This document shows positions 58,299-64,000 of a stretch of 64,000 nucleotides of DNA, one piece after another; the first letter of the stretch is position 1; the number at the start of each line of letters is the position of its first letter. Position numbers and translations under genes: made by a program. Below the pieces are notes generated by a model that did no database searches, was not told where the DNA came from, and saw nothing but the letters and a program-made list of their open reading frames with translations. The stretch is from assembly GCA_964385945.1 (NCBI GenBank), contig CAYLQJ010000001.1, positions 8,034 through 72,033 on the forward strand, read 5' to 3'. This DNA is from an uncultured Candidatus Saccharibacteria bacterium (GTDB taxonomy: Bacteria; Patescibacteriota; Minisyncoccia; Phycocordibacterales; UBA9973).

Positions 58299-59988
58299 AT
58301 GAAAAATAACGAAAAAACTAAAAACTGTATAATCTACTGTCGCGTAAGTTCCTCCAAACAAGCACAACAAGGCGAAAGTCTAGAACTACAAGAAAAAATA
58401 TGTACTGAGATTGCTCAGAAGACTGGATTAAAGGTTATCCATGTTTTTAAAGAGTCATTTTCTGGAAGAAAAGAAGAAAGACCACTGATAGACGAGGCCT
58501 TTGCTTACATAAAAGCAAACCCAAAAAAAATAGACGTATTCATAATACGTGCGATAGACAGATTCACCAGAGGTGGCACGCTTGGATATGAAAGCTTAGT
58601 TAAATTCTTAAGAACGCATGGAGTTACCCTAATAGACAGTTGCGGAATCATACAGCCTGCTCAAAACACATTAGGTCATTTGGACATTGAGTACGACTGG
58701 AGTATTACTCGTCCAAGTGAAATAACTGAACTTGTCATGGCCCAACAAGGCAAACATGAAGTCACTCAAATACTAACCAGAACAATAGGAGCAGAAATAG
58801 CCTTGGTTAGAGATGGCTACCATATTGGACCTCCAAGAGAAGGTTATATTAATGCAAAACTTTCACTTGAATGAAAGAAAAAAGCCCATCCAAGTTCCAG
58901 ACCCAACCTCTGCTCCATTTTTTGTCAAAATGTTTGAATTAAGAGGCGCTGGAGCCCACACAGACCAGGAAATAGTAGATCAGATAAATGCCATGGGTTA
59001 CAAATCTAAAACGAGACATAAGTGGTCGACAGGCAAAGAAAGAGTCGTTGGCACAACAGGTGGAATAAAGTTAACTATCCAACATTTACAGAGCATCATA
59101 TCCAACCCTATCTATTGTGGAGTTAATAACGGGGTATGGAACATAAAACCCATTAAAACAAAATATCCTGGTCTAGTAACCATTGAAGCCTTTAATAGAG
59201 CAAATAAAGGTAAAAAATTTATAGAAGAAAAACTAGATGGCAGTATTACCATCCACAAAGACTACAATCCTCATAGTTTAAAGAGAACAAAAGACAACCT
59301 ACAGTTCCCTTTCAAATCTGTAGTTCTTTGCCCCGAATGCAATAAACCATTTTTAGGTAGTTTCTCCAAAGGTAAGTCTGGAGCAAAATTCCCTTTTTAT
59401 CACTGTTCTAGAAAACATAAGTATTTGGGGGTAAATAAAAACAAACTAGAAGTAGGACTCGCTTACTTTCTAAATAACCTAAAATATGAAACAAGATTTA
59501 TCGAAAGTTTCGAGTTCATGCTCACGGACAAGTACAAAGAGAAGAAAAAAGAACTAGGTGACTTTTCCAGCAAAGTTACAATAAATATCGAAGAATTAGA
59601 AATAGAAAAAATAAATAAAATTGACGCTTTTACAAGCACTCAAAATGCAATAATACGAAAAGAGATAGAGAAGCAAATCGAAAAACTAGAGAAACAAATA
59701 GCAGATGCTAGAACTGAAATAAGTAAAATAAACGTAACCGAACATGATATAAAGTCATTCATTAAATACACAAAATATTTAATGGAACACCCTGAAAAAA
59801 TGCTTATAAAGCAAAAGAATCTTACTATTTTAAAAGCTCTTTTTGGGTTAGTTTTTGATGAACTACCAACCTATACAGAAATAGTTAATGGAACACCTAA
59901 ATTATCTTTAGCCTACAAGCTATCTAACGAGTTTAAGGATGATAAATCCTTCGCTGCGGACTTGATGTTTGGATTTCAGAACTTTTGA
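58299..59988 (+). pseudogene. Large serine recombinase 3, split by a +1 frameshift near 58860-58875
   Basis: ORF1 has YCRVSS/DRFTR; the +1-frame ORF2 has the recombinase domain, CPEC zinc ribbon and coiled coil; the last 10 codons are repeat R1. Confidence 0.85.
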
Positions 59989-60097
59989 AAAGTCGTGATT
60001 TAGTCAGAATTAGTATTAATAATATTTAAATAAAAATAATAAAAGGCTGAACGTTTTCACGAACAGCCTAAATAAATTCTATACTATTTTATAGTTA

Positions 60098-60559
60098 TTA
60101 CTCTTTACCGTTACGAGGTTCGAGTAGTATGTTTGGTACATTCACCTCACCAGTATATACTTTTGTATTACTTTTAGGGCTTTTTGAGAAAAGTTCTAAT
60201 GTCAATACAGGATGTCCACTTCCACTTACACCTCCCATAATTCTAAAACCAGTCCAATTAATTTTTTTATCTACATTAGTAATTTCAATTAAAAAATTAA
60301 ATAACTTTTCAGTCTTTGTTTGACGAATAATACCTTCAATATCAAAATATCCTGGCCCTTGACCTAAGTGTTCTTTAAAACAAAAATACGCATGATCAGA
60401 ATATGTTTGAAGATTATCTACGCCAATAAGTAGATCATCTTCAGCGTAAGTATCTGGAAAATTATATTGAACTAAAAACATATAACGTGCTTTACTAAAT
60501 GCTCCAAGTTGTAAAGGTCTATAAGGTTCAGCAGGATAAACCTTGAGTAAGTTTGCCAT
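60098..60559 (-). CDS. Hypothetical protein (cassette 1)
   Basis: ORF between R1 and R2 with a downstream hairpin at 60043-60069. Confidence 0.75.
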   Translation of the reverse strand: MANLLKVYPAEPYRPLQLGAFSKARYMFLVQYNFPDTYAEDDLLIGVDNLQTYSDHAYFCFKEHLGQGPGYFDIEGIIRQTKTEKLFNFLIEITNVDKKINWTGFRIMGGVSGSGHPVLTLELFSKSPKSNTKVYTGEVNVPNILLEPRNGKE

Positions 60560-60787
60560 TTTTTATATTTTAAAAAATTAAAAAATTTGTCTAAGGACAA
60601 TATCAAATAATCTATACCATATTTTTACAAAAAAAGCAAATTCTTTAACAGAGTAATTCTCATAGAGAAAACAACCAAGTTCACAACATTCACAATGTTC
60701 ACGAGCGGGCTTGAGGTGTGGACCCAGTCACTCGAGAGTAACGGGTTAAAATTTCAGAACTTATAAATAACCATGAATTAGTAAAAT

Positions 60788-61216
60788 TTACCCTTCATTT
60801 TGAAATTCTGAAAAAGTAATTCCTTTTAAGTAATCATTAATAGCAGACCTGACAGAAGGCACCATATTTTCTGGTAATTCCTTAAGTGGAACCCATCTCA
60901 ACTCATCACACTTCTCTGGTTCTTTATTCTCTGGTTCTATGCCCTTATATTCGGATACAAAAAAGAAGTCAATATATTGAGACATTCTGTGCATCGTATG
61001 AACCAGCTTAATATCTTCTGGTTTTAGTAATAAACCAATCTCCTCTTCTACTTCTCTTGATAACCCTTGTGAGATTGTTTCATTTGGGTCCAAATGTCCA
61101 GCAGGCAAACTATAGTTACCATCTTGCCAACCAGTATTACACCTTCGGGATAAAAGTATCTTATCTTCTTTTATTAAAAATAAATAAACAGCAACTTTGA
61201 GTTTTAATCTTTCCAT
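60788..61216 (-). CDS. NUDIX hydrolase (cassette 2)
   Basis: Nudix box GHLDPNETISQGLSREVEEEIG; EPEKCDELRW. Confidence 0.93.
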   Translation of the reverse strand: MERLKLKVAVYLFLIKEDKILLSRRCNTGWQDGNYSLPAGHLDPNETISQGLSREVEEEIGLLLKPEDIKLVHTMHRMSQYIDFFFVSEYKGIEPENKEPEKCDELRWVPLKELPENMVPSVRSAINDYLKGITFSEFQNEG

Positions 61217-61386
61217 AATTTGTATTATACCAAAAGTTCGGAATTACACTACGGTATACAAACTTAGACCCATAAATATATAGGTTTTATGATGTGCGGG
61301 CTTGAGGTTTGGATTTCAGAACTAATAAAGAGCTATACTTTAATTAAATTAAGTATTCAAAACCTTACAATAAACGAATAAACCCG

Positions 61387-61764
61387 TCACGATCGTGGCG
61401 GGTTTTTATGTAAATTTGGTAAAATAATAAATTTAACAAGGAAAATCATAGCTACTATCCCGATTGCATACATTATTAAACTATCAGGAATAATTATACC
61501 GAAAAAAAATTCTACATAATGAGAAATAAATCCAGTATCATATTGACTTAAGTTTGCCTGACTCTTGAGATAATTTTCAAGAATCATTAACGGACACCTT
61601 CCTTCTGTTGCAAGATAGTACCACTGAATAATAAACATAGGGATTGCAGGTATAATATACCATTTAGCTTCTTTGACTTTTTTTGTAGGAATAAGCAAAA
61701 CAGATAAAAAATATACAGTGACAGCACCATGCAATAGTGCTACAAGGTTTGCTAACGTATTCAT
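61387..61764 (-). CDS. DUF2784-like membrane protein (cassette 3)
   Basis: LANLVALLH...CPLMILENYL...GFISHY. Confidence 0.75.
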   Translation of the reverse strand: MNTLANLVALLHGAVTVYFLSVLLIPTKKVKEAKWYIIPAIPMFIIQWYYLATEGRCPLMILENYLKSQANLSQYDTGFISHYVEFFFGIIIPDSLIMYAIGIVAMIFLVKFIILPNLHKNPPRS

Positions 61765-62070
61765 TATTTTTATTATTTAATTGTTTAAAAAAAAATTATT
61801 AAGTTCTTTTAATCCCCACAAAGAAACTAAGAGAACCTAACAAAATTTAATAATTAAATACAATATCAAAGAACCCTACTATTTCAAATAGAATAACATA
61901 TTTTAGTATTTTGTCAACTGCGGGCTTGAGGTTTGGATTTCAGAACTTATAAAAAACCACACATTAATTAAATTAAGTATTAAAAATATTAAAACTAGCT
62001 AAAATAAAAAGTCTCTACTCCATAAAGAAGTAAAGACTATTTAAAAAATTAGTGAATTCAGAGAACAGAA

Positions 62071-62670
62071 TTATGATTTTTGTATTCCTACAAGATAAAA
62101 ATCTCCATACCAACAAGTAAAATCTTTACCTAAGAAGGACATATTAAATAAATTATCTGACAGGTACAATCCTGGTATTACTTGTGTATTTGGTTTGTGC
62201 GGCATATTGTACGGAGGTATTTCATCTGCGTCAATCCCCCCAAAAGGTGTTCCAAATTTATCTGTAATCTTATTTGCCATCCGAACAAAGAAGGTTGGTG
62301 ACAGCAACCATCCATCAATATCAATTTCCTCTCGTTTGTTCCTTTCAAATAAAGAGTAAAGCACAGGTAATCCTCCATAATCTAGACCGTTTTCTGATAA
62401 GAATTTTCTACAATCCGAGACCTCTATTTCCTTAGGGTTGTTTACTTTAAAAATTGAAGCTATTTTTCTTTCTGAAACTAGCTGCATTTCATTTTGGTCA
62501 CAGTTTAACACATTAAAGTAATACCACAAAAACGAAAAACTTCTTTTTTTGGAAACATCACGCTCCCATTGATCGTCTACAATTGCTTTCGGGTTAATTT
62601 CCGTTAAAGGAAAAATTTCAATTTTTTTTATCAATTCAAATTCCATTTTATATGTATTATTTTTTTGCAA
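62071..62670 (-). CDS. Hypothetical protein (cassette 4)
   Basis: ORF between R4 and R5 carrying the shared promoter block. Confidence 0.7.
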   Translation of the reverse strand: MQKNNTYKMEFELIKKIEIFPLTEINPKAIVDDQWERDVSKKRSFSFLWYYFNVLNCDQNEMQLVSERKIASIFKVNNPKEIEVSDCRKFLSENGLDYGGLPVLYSLFERNKREEIDIDGWLLSPTFFVRMANKITDKFGTPFGGIDADEIPPYNMPHKPNTQVIPGLYLSDNLFNMSFLGKDFTCWYGDFYLVGIQKS

Positions 62671-62790
62671 TATTGCTCTCTAAAAACCATAAAATGACTT
62701 CCAGGAAGCAATATACAAAATAACACAATCAAAATATCAAAGAACTCTAATATTTCAAGTAGAATAACATATTTTAGGATTTTGTCAACT

Positions 62791-62971
62791 GCGGGCGATG
62801 AGAGAATCAGTCAGGAATAATTTTGTTTTCGTCAAAACAAAATTTTCACGACCCTGGCTCACTTCTTTTTTGTGCTCAAAAAATATAGTTCCGCCTTTCG
62901 ATTCCTCACACAGGCAAAGTAGTTTGCCTGCTATCGCCCAACAAAAAAACAGCTTATCCTGTTCTTTTTTT
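62791..62971. repeat. Non-coding multi-hairpin unit built on a tRNA-Val-like 3' end
   Basis: GGGCGATGAGAGAATC (antisense) ... TTCGATTCCTC[hairpin]ATCGCCCA (sense); same layout as 13111-13283. Confidence 0.65.
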
Positions 62972-63176
62972 GCGGACTTGATGTTTGGATTTCAGAACTT
63001 TTAAGGAGTCGTGCTTTGGTTGAGGTTAGTGTGAAAGACTTAAGTCCCCTATCAAGTTCACAATATGCGTAATTTCACGGAAATGTTTTAAATTATTAAG
63101 ATTTTTCAAAAGGTGACATCTCAGAAATAATAAAAAAGAAAACCCACTACTGCAGATTTTCTTGCAATAGCGGGTA

Positions 63177-63752
63177 TTATTTTTGTTTCAAACAAAAAAT
63201 GAAAATATCTCCTCTGTGCCAAAATTGGTGTTTGTCATTTATATACCAACTCAGTTTTGTAATATCCGTGGTATTCCCGACTGCTCTATTACCTCTACTG
63301 AGAAATAAACTCAGACCAAAATGATTATTATCTATCTTAACTGATTCTCTGGTAACAAATAAATTACGTTGTATAAGTGCACCTTCATTTAATCTTTGAT
63401 AACCAAGTGTTGCATGTGCGGCGATTTCATACGGACATTCACTGACGATATACTTTATACCATCCAGCTCTACAACCGAACCAAGTGCTTTATTAACGAT
63501 AGTTTGATAATTTATGTATTTATTATCATCTTTTATGTTAAGCAAGCCTATGGAAGTTGTAATGAGTATGAGTTCATTTTGTACTGGATGCGTAATAAAA
63601 CTTCTGTTCTTAATCATAGGAATAGTATCCTCAGTTACAAGATCTTTATTAATAAGTTGATTAAGTATTTCTTCCTTACTTATTCCTCCATAAACACATT
63701 TTCCCAGAACTCTAAATTCTGAGTCGTTGTTAAATGACTTTATTGTTTTCAT
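63177..63752 (-). CDS. Hypothetical protein (cassette 6)
   Basis: ORF between R6 and R7 with the shared promoter/leader and a downstream hairpin. Confidence 0.75.
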   Translation of the reverse strand: MKTIKSFNNDSEFRVLGKCVYGGISKEEILNQLINKDLVTEDTIPMIKNRSFITHPVQNELILITTSIGLLNIKDDNKYINYQTIVNKALGSVVELDGIKYIVSECPYEIAAHATLGYQRLNEGALIQRNLFVTRESVKIDNNHFGLSLFLSRGNRAVGNTTDITKLSWYINDKHQFWHRGDIFIFCLKQK

Positions 63753-64000
63753 TTTTTATATTTTAAATTGTTATAAATTATTTATTAAGTTCTCTTAAAT
63801 CCCATAAAGAAACTAAGAGAACCTAACAAAATCTAACAATCAAATCCCATATAAAGAACCCTACTATTTCAAATAGAATAACATATTTTAGGATTTTGTC
63901 AATTGCGGGCTTGATGTTTGGATTTCAGAACTTTTAAAAAATGACTCTTTGATTAAATCAAATATTATCAATTTTAAAAAATAAAAAAGGTAACTTATAA

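Larger units (their letters stand above)
34300..59988. mobile_element. Integrated element (LSR / terminase / Gabija / RHS); left end truncated
   Basis: Four LSR genes or fragments, terminase module, defence and toxin cargo; abrupt left junction; right end coincides with repeat R1. Confidence 0.75.
59956..63970 (+). repeat. Direct-repeat array: core GCGG(G/A)CTTGA(G/T)GTTTGGATTTCAGAACT at 59956, 60705 (hairpin inserted), 61296, 61920, 62972, 63905; tRNA-like variant at 62791
   Basis: Six related copies with ~37 nt of ungapped weaker similarity downstream; unit lengths 749, 591, 624, 871, 181, 933 bp. Confidence 0.92.

Noticed and set aside
34300-59988. Complete prophage or conjugative element
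   Set aside because: No recognisable capsid, portal, tail, lysis, relaxase or T4SS genes.
62798-63004. 68-aa ORF ending ADLMFGFQNF like LSR3
   Set aside because: The identity comes only from repeat R6; the rest is hairpin DNA with no coding signature.
59956-63932. Repeat array as a CRISPR array
   Set aside because: Intervals are 181-933 bp, contain whole genes and vary widely in length; no cas genes are present.
59956-63932. Classical integron with attC sites
   Set aside because: No IntI tyrosine recombinase in the window; the repeats are not palindromic and lack RYYYAAC/GTTRRRY ends; cassettes carry their own promoters. An intI gene beyond the window cannot be excluded.

Overview
AT-rich bacterial chromosome segment. 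The gene set (HTH-MurA fusion, short Rel, short DnaX, few biosynthetic genes, -10 boxes directly upstream of start codons) suggests a Patescibacteria/Parcubacteria (CPR) genome; this is inferred, not proven. It has four parts. (1) 1-13.4 kb: mostly small minus-strand accessory genes downstream of tRNA-Gln, with REP-like hairpins and duplicated boundary blocks. (2) 13.5-33 kb: housekeeping genes (pepP, dnaX, dus, ftsQ-like, serS, dprA, topA, rel, parB, tRNA-Leu, murA, miaA, dedA, yhhQ). (3) ~34.3-60 kb: an integrated element with four large serine recombinase (LSR) genes or fragments, a ParB-methyltransferase/TerS/TerL module without recognisable capsid or portal genes, Gabija plus a HEPN-like third gene, a 2661-aa RHS toxin with inserted adhesin-like domains, and an orphan RHS toxin/immunity pair. 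(4) 60-64 kb: an array of self-contained single-gene cassettes separated by a direct repeat with a 28-bp core (~65 bp extended). The first repeat copy encodes the C-terminus of the adjacent LSR. This candidate serine-recombinase-driven, integron-like array, probably anchored at a tRNA, is the most novel signal in the window.
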